Below, piece by piece: positions 12,409 to 23,424 of a stretch of DNA of 64,000 bases. The translations under genes were made by a program, and so were the position numbers. Each line of letters opens with the position of its first letter. Position 1 is the stretch's first letter. Location of the stretch: assembly GCA_963705425.1 (NCBI GenBank), contig CAVPJO010000006.1:60599-124598 (forward strand), given 5' to 3'. This stretch comes from an uncultured Chloroflexia bacterium (GTDB taxonomy: Bacteria; Chloroflexota; Limnocylindria; Limnocylindrales; CSP1-4). Under the pieces are notes generated by a model, which did no database searches, was not told the DNA's origin, and saw nothing but the letters and a program-made list of their open reading frames with translations.

Positions 12409-14796
12409 GTGATGAAGCCAGTCGCCCGCCGCGCAGGTCGTGCCCATGCCCCGATGCTGGGCCTGGTGCTGATGGTCGCGTTGTCGGCCCTGGCCACCGG
12501 GTCCGCTGCCAGCCCGGTCGCCGCACAGGAGGCGACCGACTGCGATCGCGGCTGGTTCGACGTCGAGTTGCGCGAAGACATCGCCCCCGAGGAGGTGGTG
12601 GCCCTCGCGGAGGACGAGATCTGGGTCGCCGGTGGGGCCATGCTGGGTGGCGGCCGGCGACAGGCGGTCACCCTGCACGGTGACGCCGACAGCTGGGACC
12701 TGCAGGTCCCGCCCGGACCCGACGAGCGCGACACGGGCTTCATGGGCATCGCCGCAGCGGGTCCCGGCCAGGACGTCTGGGCAGTCGGCTATGCGCGCGA
12801 GGTCGACTACGTCTCGGCCATGACCGCCGTTCGCCGCGAGGGTGGCTGGCATCTGACCGACGTCATGCGGCCCGGTGGCGAGGGCGCCACGCTGGTCGAC
12901 GTCGATGCTGCCCCGGGGGCGGGAGTGTGGGCGGCCGGCTTCATCCAGGGACCACCCGGCGACCAGCGAGCCTGGATGCTCGAGCGCGTCAACGACGGCT
13001 GGGAGGCGTCGCAACCACCCCTGGGCGACGGTGAGCGGGCCACGCTGGCCGGCCTGTCCGTCTCTGACGAAGGCGGGGTCTGGGGCGCCGGTACCGTCCT
13101 CAAGGGTCCCGGCATGCGGCCCTACCTCGTGCAGCGCATCGACGACGGTTGGCTGCGCCACGATGTGCCCGGGCTCGAGGGGGCAGCCCTGGCCGACATC
13201 GACGTCCCAGCCGTGGACGATGGCTGGGCCGTGGGGCACCGCCTCAGCGGCGAGACCATCGCACCGCTCATCCTGCACTGGGACGGAAACGCCTGGCTGG
13301 AAGCCGGGGGCCCGGACGTCGGCTCCGAAGCGACGTTGCTCACGAGCGTCGCGCGCGCCGAGGGCGTGCTCACGGTGGGCGGCACCACCTGGCACCCGGG
13401 CAAGGGCCGCTATGTCGGCTGGGTCGCCCGCGATGACGGTTCCGGCTGGACCGTGACGGTGTCGCGACCAGGCTGGGGCATGGGCACCGTCACCGACATC
13501 GACGGCGATCCGGGCACGAGCGGCTGGGTGGTCGGCCGCATGGACGAGGGTCTCATCGGGCGCGTCTGCGCCTCACCGTCTGCCCCGCTCGCAACGGAGG
13601 AGATCAAGCCCGCGACTCCGACCGGGGTCACGCCCCCCAGGGAGGCCACATCACCCAGCGCCATCGCGGGCGCGGTCGTCGCACTCGACGTGACCAAGGC
13701 GGCAGGCCTGCCCACCGAGAGCCAGAGCTGGGGCTCGGTCGCGGCCGACTTCGACGGTGACGGCCTCGATGACATCTTCCTCGGCCGCCATGGTGCCCGG
13801 GCAGCCCTGTACCTCAACGCCGGTGGCCGCTTCGAGGACAGCGAGCGCAAGTTCGGGGGCGGTGACCGTCACGGCTGCGTGGCCGGCGATGTCGACGGCA
13901 GCGGCCTGCCCGACCTGTACTGCTCGTTCGGCGCCTCTCGCGGCACCGGCACCAAGGCCAACCAGCTGTGGCTCGACCCGGGAGGCGCCACGCCCCAGGA
14001 GCACCCGCGAGCGGGAGGTGCCACCGAGCCACTGGGCCGCGGTCGTCAGGCGCGCCTCCTCGACATCGACGAGGACGGCCACGCCGATCTCCTCCTGGGC
14101 CAGGAGACCAAGCGCATGGACGGTCAGCCATCCACCAACCGGGCCTTCCTCAGAACCGGTCCAGCGCGCTTCGAAGCGGCCGAGATACCCGGCTTCGATA
14201 CGGGTCTGGCGACCGAGTCACTCGACATCGCCGACTACGACGGAGACGGGCGCGTAGATGTCCTGCTCGTGTACTACGACAAGCGCGCCGGGGAGCCCAA
14301 GGCCGGCATCCGTCTTTATCGCAACGAAGAGGGCCCCGCCTTCACCGATGTCACGGCGGAGGCCGGCATCGCGACCATCGACGAGCGCGACGCCGAGTTG
14401 AGGGACATGGACGGTGACGGACGGCCGGACCTGGTCCAGCTCTCCGAAGAGCGCGTCCTGGTGTCTGCCCTGCGCGACGGACGCTTCGAACCGATCTTCG
14501 AGCGGCACGTGGATTCAGCTGCGGCGCTGGCCACGGGTGACGCCGACGGGGACGGGGACCGTGACATCTACGTGCTGCAAGGCAAGTCGGACGAGGGCGC
14601 CCACGACCTCATCCTGCTCAACGACGGTGACGGTGCGTCATTCGTGGAACTGGCCGTGCCCGAGGTCAAGGGCGGCAGCGAGGACGACGTCGTGGCCCTC
14701 GACTACGACGGCGATGGGCGGACGGATTTCCTCGCCACCAACGGCCGCAACAGCGCACGCGGGCCCGTGCAGCTCATCACGCTGGGGCCCGCGTAG
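12409..14796 (+). CDS. Secreted FG-GAP/VCBS-repeat protein with N-terminal propeller-like repeats (795 aa)
   Basis: N-terminal signal peptide. The C-terminal half has at least 7 FG-GAP-type motifs (ADFDGDGLDDIFLG, GDVDGSGLPDLY, DIDEDGHADLLLG, DYDGDGRVDVLLV, DMDGDGRPDLVQ, GDADGDGDRDIYV, DYDGDGRTDFLA). No frameshifts. Confidence 0.8.
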   Translation: MMKPVARRAGRAHAPMLGLVLMVALSALATGSAASPVAAQEATDCDRGWFDVELREDIAPEEVVALAEDEIWVAGGAMLGGGRRQAVTLHGDADSWDLQVPPGPDERDTGFMGIAAAGPGQDVWAVGYAREVDYVSAMTAVRREGGWHLTDVMRPGGEGATLVDVDAAPGAGVWAAGFIQGPPGDQRAWMLERVNDGWEASQPPLGDGERATLAGLSVSDEGGVWGAGTVLKGPGMRPYLVQRIDDGWLRHDVPGLEGAALADIDVPAVDDGWAVGHRLSGETIAPLILHWDGNAWLEAGGPDVGSEATLLTSVARAEGVLTVGGTTWHPGKGRYVGWVARDDGSGWTVTVSRPGWGMGTVTDIDGDPGTSGWVVGRMDEGLIGRVCASPSAPLATEEIKPATPTGVTPPREATSPSAIAGAVVALDVTKAAGLPTESQSWGSVAADFDGDGLDDIFLGRHGARAALYLNAGGRFEDSERKFGGGDRHGCVAGDVDGSGLPDLYCSFGASRGTGTKANQLWLDPGGATPQEHPRAGGATEPLGRGRQARLLDIDEDGHADLLLGQETKRMDGQPSTNRAFLRTGPARFEAAEIPGFDTGLATESLDIADYDGDGRVDVLLVYYDKRAGEPKAGIRLYRNEEGPAFTDVTAEAGIATIDERDAELRDMDGDGRPDLVQLSEERVLVSALRDGRFEPIFERHVDSAAALATGDADGDGDRDIYVLQGKSDEGAHDLILLNDGDGASFVELAVPEVKGGSEDDVVALDYDGDGRTDFLATNGRNSARGPVQLITLGPA

Positions 14797-14855
14797 GTGC
14801 TTGGTTCGGGGCACCGCCCGGGCGCCCCCACAGGGGAGGCTACGAGACCGGGAGG

Positions 14856-15350
14856 CTAGGAGTCGTCACCCTGATGATCGAGGGCGTCCTGCAGGTGGGC
14901 CTCGGTCTCCGCGTCCAGGGTGGTCTGGTAGACCTTGCCCTTGTAGGGCTCGAGCGCGCCGACCACGGCCGACGCAGAGCCGCTGCCCACCACGAACAGG
15001 GCAGAGGTGTTCTCGGTCAGGTCGTTGGTCACATCGTTGATGAGATTCTTGTCGATGTTGTGGTGCAGCGAACGGCCGATCGCGCCGCCGACCAAGCCGC
15101 CGATGATCAAGCCGCCGACCGGAAAGAAGACGAGCCCGATGAGCAGGCCCAGGACCCCGCCGGTGATGGCGCCACCAGCGGTAGCGGTGTCCACGCCGTG
15201 ATGCACGTGGACCTTGCCGTCCGCGTCCTTCTCCACGACCGCCATGTCCGAGATGCTTGCCGCGTGGGCCTTCTGGATATCCTTCAGTCGCTGCCCGGCC
15301 TGTCCGGCCGTCTCACGCTCACCGAAGGTGATGACCAAGAGCTGGCTCAT
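14856..15350 (-). CDS. DUF1269-like glycine-zipper membrane protein
   Basis: GGGAG sits 7 nt upstream of ATG 15350. MSQLLVITFGERETAGQA...AITGGVLGLLIGLVFFPVGGLIIGGLVGGAIG glycine zipper. Confidence 0.55.
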   Translation of the reverse strand: MSQLLVITFGERETAGQAGQRLKDIQKAHAASISDMAVVEKDADGKVHVHHGVDTATAGGAITGGVLGLLIGLVFFPVGGLIIGGLVGGAIGRSLHHNIDKNLINDVTNDLTENTSALFVVGSGSASAVVGALEPYKGKVYQTTLDAETEAHLQDALDHQGDDS

Positions 15351-15435
15351 ATGTGATCTCCCTATCGTTTGGTAAGGGAGTGTACGTCGCGGCGGACGCC
15401 GTGACCAGTCGCACAGGCACCGCTGCGGCCGCCCC

Positions 15436-16044
15436 TCAGGTGCGCTCGAGCACGACCTCGTTGACGGCACCGCGGACGATGGTCCAGGCGCGCAGCTCGG
15501 GCGGCTCCACCGCGAACGAGGCCAGCAGGTAGATGGCCTCCGGGAAGGCCGCCAGGCCGATGTCCGTGGGCGACGGACTCGGCGGTGAGGCCACGTGTGA
15601 GTGGACGATGGCCCACACCACCTCGTCGTTCTCGTCGATCTGCTCCAGCAGCTCGAGCTGCTCCATGGGGTCCATCAGGTAGCGGTACGGCGACTCAGCC
15701 ACGTTGCGCATGCCCACGAAGCGCGAGGGCACGCCGCCATCTTCGGCGACCCGGTCGGCAACCAGCACGCCGCAGCCCTCGTTGGGCAGCGCAGCACGGA
15801 GCCAGGACACGACCTGCGCGCGGACGGCTGCCGGGATGCGAGCAGAGGCCGGCACCCACGGTGGTCCGCCGTCCGGCGCTGGTCCACCGCCGGCCATGCG
15901 CCGGCCCTCCGCCAGGCCACGATCGGCGGCCCGCTGCCAGGCCTCGACCTCAGGCACGACCTGACCGCCACCGCTGACCGCGGGCTCATCTGCCGATGAG
16001 AGCACCTCGGGTGCGCGGTCGGGGCGCCGCGGGTCGCTCACCAC
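15436..16044 (-). CDS. mec: JAMM/MPN+ metalloprotease Mec+-like (CysO-cysteine peptidase). The start is uncertain and may be at 15897
   Basis: JAMM motif AIVHSHVASPPSPSPTD and upstream EGCGVL. Sits immediately downstream of cysM and cysO. Confidence 0.7.
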   Translation of the reverse strand: MVSDPRRPDRAPEVLSSADEPAVSGGGQVVPEVEAWQRAADRGLAEGRRMAGGGPAPDGGPPWVPASARIPAAVRAQVVSWLRAALPNEGCGVLVADRVAEDGGVPSRFVGMRNVAESPYRYLMDPMEQLELLEQIDENDEVVWAIVHSHVASPPSPSPTDIGLAAFPEAIYLLASFAVEPPELRAWTIVRGAVNEVVLERT

Positions 16045-17057
16045 AGGTTGAGGCTGTCGATGTCATCGCCCTCGGCGTCGAGATCGCGGGTCCAGACGTC
16101 TTCGCTGAGGTACTTCCAGCCACCGTCGGCAAGCAGGGCCACGATGGTGCCGCGCTCCATCTCGCGGGCCAGCTGCTTGGCCGCCACCATCACCGCCCCG
16201 CAGGAGACACCGGCGAAGATGCCCTCCTTCTCGGTCAGCTCACGCAGGGACTCGATGGCCTCGGTGTTGGAGACCAGGAACTTGCCGTCGATGACGGTCG
16301 GGTCGAAGATCTCGGGAATGAAGCCCTCGTCGAGCGAGCGCAAGCCCTGCACCGTCTCCCCGGGCAATGGCTCGGCGGCGTAGATGCGCACCTCGGGATT
16401 GTGCCGGCGCAAGCGTCGGCCTACACCCATCAAGGTGCCGCCCGTGCCCAGACCGGCCACGAAGGCATCGACCTCGGGGCAATCGGCGATGATCTCCTCG
16501 GCCGTGGTCTCCTCGTGCGCACGGGGATTGGCCGGGTTGCCGTACTGGTACGGCATCACGAAGCGCGAGTCCTTGGCCACGAGGTGCTTGGCCAGGGCCA
16601 CGGCACCGTTGGAGCCGAGATGGCCGGGCGAGTCGATGACCTCAGCGCCGAACAGGGCCAGCAGCTGCCGGCGCTCCATGGTCACGTTGTCGGGCACGAC
16701 CACGGCCACTCGATAGCCCTTGCGCCGCGCGATCATGGCCAGGCCGATGCCCGTGTTGCCGCTGGTCGGCTCGATGATGATCGAGTCCGGCCGCAACCGG
16801 TCGGAGGCTGCGAGGTCCTCCATGAGGTACTTGGCCACGCGGTCCTTGACCGAGCCTGTCGGGTTCATGAACTCGAGCTTGGCGTAGAGGCGCACGTTGG
16901 GATTGGGGCAGACGTTGGGCACCTCGACGAGCGGGGTGAAGCCGATGGCATCGACGATGCTCGGGAAGCGTCCGCCGTGCCGCGCGTTACCGCCGTGGGC
17001 GTGCGGCCGGAGCGCGTCGACCTCGGCGCCTGACTGTCGTTCCGTCGTCGAAGTCAC
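16038..17057 (-). CDS. cysM: Cysteine synthase CysM-type (PLP-dependent O-phospho-serine sulfhydrylase family)
   Basis: GSVKDRVAKYLMEDL (PLP lysine), GNTGIGLAM and GLGTGGTLMGVG motifs. Intact 339-aa ORF. Confidence 0.85.
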   Translation of the reverse strand: MTSTTERQSGAEVDALRPHAHGGNARHGGRFPSIVDAIGFTPLVEVPNVCPNPNVRLYAKLEFMNPTGSVKDRVAKYLMEDLAASDRLRPDSIIIEPTSGNTGIGLAMIARRKGYRVAVVVPDNVTMERRQLLALFGAEVIDSPGHLGSNGAVALAKHLVAKDSRFVMPYQYGNPANPRAHEETTAEEIIADCPEVDAFVAGLGTGGTLMGVGRRLRRHNPEVRIYAAEPLPGETVQGLRSLDEGFIPEIFDPTVIDGKFLVSNTEAIESLRELTEKEGIFAGVSCGAVMVAAKQLAREMERGTIVALLADGGWKYLSEDVWTRDLDAEGDDIDSLNLW

Positions 17058-17072
17058 GACGAGCAGACCTCG

Positions 17073-17348
17073 CTAGCGACCCCCGGCCATGGCCGGCAGC
17101 AGGATGATCTCGTCGCTGTCACCGACCGGCGTGGCCAGCTCCTGCTCGTAGCGCACATCACGTCCGTTGACGTAGACGTTGACGAAGCGGTTGAGTGAAC
17201 CGTCCTCGCTGAAGATCTGTTCTCGCAGACCGGGGAACTGCTCGAGCAACAAATCGAGGGACTCGCCGACGGTGGAGCCGGTGACCTCGACCTTCTTCTG
17301 GTTGCCGGCCTGCGCGCGCAGCACCGGCGGGATCCGGACCGCAGTCAT
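17073..17348 (-). CDS. cysO: ThiS/MoaD-fold sulfur carrier protein CysO-like, ending GG-R
   Basis: 91-aa ORF ending ...DEIILLPAMAGGR*. ATGA overlap with the upstream E1-like gene. Next to cysM and the JAMM gene. Confidence 0.75.
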   Translation of the reverse strand: MTAVRIPPVLRAQAGNQKKVEVTGSTVGESLDLLLEQFPGLREQIFSEDGSLNRFVNVYVNGRDVRYEQELATPVGDSDEIILLPAMAGGR

Positions 17349-18529
17349 GCGTTCACCCCCATCGTGACGGCTGGAGTGGTGGGCAGTGCGAAGACGCCGT
17401 CACCAGCCGGCTCGGCGCTCTCGCCGTCGCCGCAGGCCGGGCACTTCGGGTCGCGCTGTAGCCGGAGCTCGCTGAAGGCCCCGTCGAGCGCATCGTAGAT
17501 GAGCAGTCGCCCGCTGAGCAAATCGCCGATGTCGAGCAGGACCTTGAGGCCCTCTGTGGCCTGCAGCAGGCCCATCACGCCGGGCACCACGCCGAGCACA
17601 CCGGCCACCGAGCAGCCGGGCGCCAGCTCGGGCGGCGGAGGTGTGGGGTACAGGCAGCGATAGCAGGGGCCCCGGTTGGGCTTGAACACCGTGAGCTGGC
17701 CCTCGAAGCGGAAGACCGAGGCATGGACCACGGTGATGCCCGCCTTGACCGCGGCGTCGTTGAGCACGTAGCGGGTCTCGAAGGTGTCGGTGCCGTCGAA
17801 GATGAGGTCGTAGCCGGCAATCAGCTCCTCGACGTTGTCGGGCCCCAGCATGACCTCGCGGGCCACGACCTTGACGTCGGGATTCAGGTCGGCGATGGTC
17901 ATCTTGGCCAATTCCACCTTGCGCATGCCGACGCGGTCGGTGCGATGGATGATCTGGCGCTGCAGGTTGGAGGCATCGACGACGTCGAAGTCGACGATGC
18001 CGATGGTGCCCACACCGGCCGCGGCCATGTACAACATGGCCGGCGAACCGAGCCCACCGGCGCCGATGAAGAGGACCTTCGAGTCGAGCAGCCGGGCCTG
18101 ACCTTCGACCCCGACTTCGGGGATGAGCAGGTGCCGCGAGTAGCGCGCCTTCTGCTCGCTGCTCAGCACGGTGGGCTGCTCCCAGGCGCGACCCTCGGAC
18201 TTCCATGCCTGGAAGCCGCCGCTCATGGAGGCGACGCTGGTGTAGCCCATCTCCAGCAGCGTCTGGCCGGCGAAGAGCGAGCGGATGCCGCCGGCGCAAT
18301 AGACGACGATGGGTGCCGCGCGGTCGGGTGCGAGCGCTTCGATGTCCTGCTCGATGTAGGACTTGGAGAGGTGCCGCGCACCGCCGGCGTGGCCCTGCTC
18401 CCACTCGCTTTGCTCGCGCACATCGAGAAGGATGGCGCCACGCTGAGCGGCCTGTTCAGCTTGCGCCGTGGTCACCTCACGGACCTGCGCTCGTGCCTCG
18501 GCGAGGAGGTCTCGGTATGACTTGGTCAT
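17345..18529 (-). CDS. Rhodanese-E1 (ThiF/MoeB) fusion adenylyltransferase/sulfurtransferase, MoeZ-like but with the rhodanese domain at the N-terminus
   Basis: N-terminal rhodanese domain with the active-site loop VVYCAGGIRS. E1 Rossmann motif LFIGAGGLGSPA. Two CxxC pairs (CYRC, CPAC). Confidence 0.85.
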   Translation of the reverse strand: MTKSYRDLLAEARAQVREVTTAQAEQAAQRGAILLDVREQSEWEQGHAGGARHLSKSYIEQDIEALAPDRAAPIVVYCAGGIRSLFAGQTLLEMGYTSVASMSGGFQAWKSEGRAWEQPTVLSSEQKARYSRHLLIPEVGVEGQARLLDSKVLFIGAGGLGSPAMLYMAAAGVGTIGIVDFDVVDASNLQRQIIHRTDRVGMRKVELAKMTIADLNPDVKVVAREVMLGPDNVEELIAGYDLIFDGTDTFETRYVLNDAAVKAGITVVHASVFRFEGQLTVFKPNRGPCYRCLYPTPPPPELAPGCSVAGVLGVVPGVMGLLQATEGLKVLLDIGDLLSGRLLIYDALDGAFSELRLQRDPKCPACGDGESAEPAGDGVFALPTTPAVTMGVNA

Positions 18530-18661
18530 CGGGGGTGGGACTCCGTAGTGGCTCGACTCGGGCTGTCGATGCGGGGAAGTGGCACGGTCTTCGGCGGCCG
18601 GCCTATGAAGCCGGCCCGCGACACGCGCATGACCCCCTGACCATGGCCTCGTGCATGGCGG

Positions 18662-19072
18662 TCATATCCTGGCCTCCGATGCACCGGACGCGGCCTGCTC
18701 GCCATCGCGCTCCTTGAGCGCGCGCTGCAGTGTCTCCAGTGAAAGCAGCGCGCACTTCAGGCGCGCCGGGCTGATCTCGATGCCCAGCAGATCGAGGATG
18801 TCCTGGTTCTTCATGGCCTCCACCTCGGCCACCGAGCTTCCCTTGATCTCGTCGGTGAGCAGCGACGCGGAGGCCTGGCTGATGGCACAGCCGCGCCCGC
18901 TGAATGCCACGTCGGCCACGTTGCCGGCGTCGTCGACGATGAGCATCATGGTGATGCGGTCACCGCACAGCGGGTTGTGGCCTTCGTGGACGGCAGTGGG
19001 CGCGTCCAGCGTGCCGAAGTTGTGGGGCGCTCGGTAGTGCTCGAGGATCTCGTCGCGGTAGAGGTCGTCCAT
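18662..19072 (-). CDS. sufU: SufU-type Fe-S cluster assembly sulfur-transfer scaffold
   Basis: PLCGDRITMM, GRGCAISQASASL and KCALL ligand motifs. Confidence 0.85.
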   Translation of the reverse strand: MDDLYRDEILEHYRAPHNFGTLDAPTAVHEGHNPLCGDRITMMLIVDDAGNVADVAFSGRGCAISQASASLLTDEIKGSSVAEVEAMKNQDILDLLGIEISPARLKCALLSLETLQRALKERDGEQAASGASEARI

Positions 19073-19108
19073 GGGCCTGTGCAGGGTACTCGATGCGGTG
19101 GCTGGCTT

Positions 19109-20395
<1,287 letters not shown>

Positions 20396-20424
20396 CGCTC
20401 AGCCAGCTGGCTGCTCGGGTCGAG

Positions 20425-21342
20425 CTACTCCTCCCCGCCTTCGAGGCGTTCGATCTCGGGGTCCTCCTCGAGCGCCTCGATGTCGAAGCCGGCCTCGCTG
20501 AGGATGGGCGCATAGCCCTCGTCCTCGAGTCGCAGGGCGAGGTCCTTGCCACCCGAGGCGATGATCTGGCCGTGCGCGAGCACGTGCACCCGGTCGGGCT
20601 GGATGTAGTTGAGCAGGCGCTGGTAGTGGGTGATGAGCAGCACGCCGAGGTCGGGGCTGAGCTGGGCGTTGACGCCCTCGGCCACGATGCGCAGGGCGTC
20701 GATGTCCAGACCCGAATCGGTCTCGTCGAGGATCGCGAACTCCGGCTCGAGGATGGCCATCTGCAGCATCTCGAGGCGCTTCTTCTCGCCGCCTGAGAAA
20801 CCCTCGTTGACATAGCGTCCAGCGAATAAATCGTCGAGATGGAGCAGCTCCATCTTGTCGCGCATGAGCTTGCGGAACTCGCCCATCTTGATGCCGCCCC
20901 TGGTCATGTCCGAAGGGTCGATCTCACCGTCGCCGGCGTCGAGGCCGCGACGGCGTGCGTTCAGTGCAGTGCGCAGGAAGGAGGCCACCGACAGGCCGGG
21001 CACGGCGGTGGGGTACTGGAAGGCCAGGAAGAGGCCCAGGCGAGCGCGCTTGTCCGGGGAAAGCGCCAGGATGTCGATGCCCTTCCAGGTGACTTCGCCA
21101 CTGGTGACCACGTAGGCGGGGTGACCCATGAGCGCATAGGCGAGCGTGGTCTTGCCTGAGCCGTTACGGCCCATGATGGCGTGGACTTCGCCCTTGCTGA
21201 TCTCGAGGTCGATGCCGCGCAGGATCTCGATGTCCGGGTTGGCGGTGGGCACCACGTGCAGATCGCGGATGACCAGCACGCGGTCGTCGGCCACGACGTC
21301 GGTGGCGGTGGTGCCCTGCAGGGTGGCGGTGTCGTTGGTCAT
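20425..21342 (-). CDS. sufC: Fe-S cluster assembly ATPase SufC
   Basis: EVHAIMGRNGSGKTTL, FSGGEKKRLEMLQM and AILDETDSGLD. ATGA overlap with the upstream Rrf2 gene. Confidence 0.9.
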   Translation of the reverse strand: MTNDTATLQGTTATDVVADDRVLVIRDLHVVPTANPDIEILRGIDLEISKGEVHAIMGRNGSGKTTLAYALMGHPAYVVTSGEVTWKGIDILALSPDKRARLGLFLAFQYPTAVPGLSVASFLRTALNARRRGLDAGDGEIDPSDMTRGGIKMGEFRKLMRDKMELLHLDDLFAGRYVNEGFSGGEKKRLEMLQMAILEPEFAILDETDSGLDIDALRIVAEGVNAQLSPDLGVLLITHYQRLLNYIQPDRVHVLAHGQIIASGGKDLALRLEDEGYAPILSEAGFDIEALEEDPEIERLEGGEE

Positions 21343-21872
21343 GGCTGGGCGACGGGCTCCTTGATGGGTCGCTCGGTGAGCGGCTGGACGGCCACGAGGG
21401 CCGGGTCGGGATGGGCGGGATGGCCGGAGCGGGGCTCGGCAAGCTCCTCGAGGGTCATGGAGTCGAGCGCAGCGACGATGGCCTCACGGACGCGCTGCCA
21501 GAGGCGTTCGACGTTGCAGAAACCGGCACGCTGGCAGATCTCGGCGTGGAGGGGGTCGTCGCTGGCGCAGATCATCGGGGCGATGGGCCCCTCGAGTGCG
21601 GTGATGACCTCGCTCATGTGGACGTCAGCCGGGGGCCGGGACAGCTCGTAGCCGCCGTGAGCACCGCGGGTGCTGGTCACCAGACCGACCTCACGAAGGC
21701 TCACCACCAGCTGCTCAAGATAGGGGCGCGGCAGTGCCTCGTGGTCGGCCATCTCGGAGAGGCTCACAGGCCCGCTGCCGTAGTGGCGGGCGAGCTCGAC
21801 CATGAGCCGCACTCCGTATTCCCCACGCGTGGAGAAATGGAGGGCTCCCGAGGTCGGGACGGTGGTACGCAC
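21339..21872 (-). CDS. Rrf2-family transcriptional regulator (IscR/SufR-like); start is approximate
   Basis: HFSTRGEYGVRLMVELARHYG winged-helix N-terminus. Cys residues (C...C.....C) for a possible Fe-S ligand set. Confidence 0.7.
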   Translation of the reverse strand: MRTTVPTSGALHFSTRGEYGVRLMVELARHYGSGPVSLSEMADHEALPRPYLEQLVVSLREVGLVTSTRGAHGGYELSRPPADVHMSEVITALEGPIAPMICASDDPLHAEICQRAGFCNVERLWQRVREAIVAALDSMTLEELAEPRSGHPAHPDPALVAVQPLTERPIKEPVAQP

Positions 21873-21965
21873 GGTGCTCAGACTGGTCTCCTGCTCGCCG
21901 GGCCGACTGGGGTGCCACTGGGCGTGCGCACCCGGCAATTCCGACTGAATTCGTCAGGATTGAGT

Positions 21966-22292
21966 CTAGACCTGCGGCGTCCGTGCGTCAACGCTGCCAG
22001 GAGCCGAGCTCGCATGTCTCGTCGCCGAGACCCTCGACGAGCCCGACGACATCGCCGGCCCTTGGGTCGACCGCGGCCAGCCGCCAGGCACCAGCCCGAC
22101 CGCGTCCAGGAACCCGCACGAGCCGACGAACGAGCGGTCCGTGGCGACGTCGAAGGCGACGAGACCGGCATCGTCACGGTTGACGTCGGCGTCGGCGATC
22201 AGTGCAGCGAAATCACTGTCGGCAAGTGTGGCATCGAGGGCTTCCATCGAGTGTGAGGATGTCCAGGACGGCGAGGGCGCGGGGCCGGCCAC
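21966..22292 (-). CDS. Hypothetical protein
   Basis: ORF with coding-like amino acid composition between the Rrf2 and GNAT genes. No recognisable motif. Confidence 0.2.
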   Translation of the reverse strand: MAGPAPSPSWTSSHSMEALDATLADSDFAALIADADVNRDDAGLVAFDVATDRSFVGSCGFLDAVGLVPGGWPRSTQGPAMSSGSSRVSATRHASSAPGSVDARTPQV

Positions 22293-22384
22293 TCATCGGT
22301 CGCCTCTGGCGTCATGGAGTGCTGGGTCTAGCAGCCCGATGTTTGACATGGCCTGATGCAGATCGGAGCCATGACCGTGCTGGC

Positions 22385-23053
22385 CTACCGTCCCTTGGTA
22401 TCGCCGCGCGGGACGTCTGGCCTGGGTTCCACGGCCAGTCGCATCGTCGTTGAGGCTGAGAACCCCATGAGGCGGCTCAGGTACGGGGTACGCTCGGTCT
22501 TGACCGGCTCGAAGCCGACTCGTTCATAGAGGGCATGCGCACCCGGGTTGGTGTCGACGACGTCGAGACTGATGGACGTGCACCCAAGCGCGTCAGCCAG
22601 CGTCACGAGTTCGGCAAGTAGCCGCGTACCCACGCCCTGGCCCCGCCAGCTCTCCTCGACCACGATGCCATCCATGAGGAGTTCTCGGTCGTGCGGTTGA
22701 CGCTCCAGCAGGGCAAGTACTGCCAGCTTCGGCAGCCCTCGGATCCAGCCATACGCTCGCAGGACATCGGCGGCGGACACATCCGTGAGTGCTCGGCCGT
22801 CGTGATGGTATCCGGCGAGACCGATCAGCCGGCCGTCGGCCACAGCGACGACGGCGCGATCGCGGTTCAGGTGCTGCGCGATGAACCGCGTTCCCTTGTC
22901 TGGTGGACCCAATGGGTATCCGAGCTTGCGTCCGAAGGCTTGCCAGTACAGCTCGGCGGCTGCCGGCTCTTGCCCTTCGCGTAGTCCGCGCCGGATGACG
23001 ATGGCGCTCGAGCAATTCTCCTGCTCCACGACATCGACTCCCCTGTCTTCCAT
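22385..23053 (-). CDS. GNAT family N-acetyltransferase
   Basis: VVEESWRGQGVGTRLLAEL acetyl-CoA binding motif (Q/RxxGxG/A). Confidence 0.7.
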   Translation of the reverse strand: MEDRGVDVVEQENCSSAIVIRRGLREGQEPAAAELYWQAFGRKLGYPLGPPDKGTRFIAQHLNRDRAVVAVADGRLIGLAGYHHDGRALTDVSAADVLRAYGWIRGLPKLAVLALLERQPHDRELLMDGIVVEESWRGQGVGTRLLAELVTLADALGCTSISLDVVDTNPGAHALYERVGFEPVKTERTPYLSRLMGFSASTTMRLAVEPRPDVPRGDTKGR

Positions 23054-23424
23054 CTGGCCTCAGCGCAGCCCCTGTCACGAGCATAGACCGCTCCTACTCC
23101 AGCAGCGCATCCAGCAGCACCGCTGTGTCGTCCTCCCCGCTCATCGCCTTCCTGGCGGGCTAGACAGCCAGCGACCGCGATCGACCATGTCGGGCAGGTC
23201 GAGCAGGACAGATGTCGGCTGGGGGTCCGCTCGCCGGAAGGCCTCGGGCCCTGCAGGCATCAACGCGCATGGCCATGCATCCGTAGCGCATATATCCGGA
23301 CCCGGCCCACTCCACTGCATGGTCATGCACGAGCCGTCGGCCTCAGTGGGCTCAGATGGTGGCTAGCGGCGCCACGGGTGACATTTGTCATGGGGCCGCG
23401 CCAGGCTCTGGTCCGAGCGTCGGA

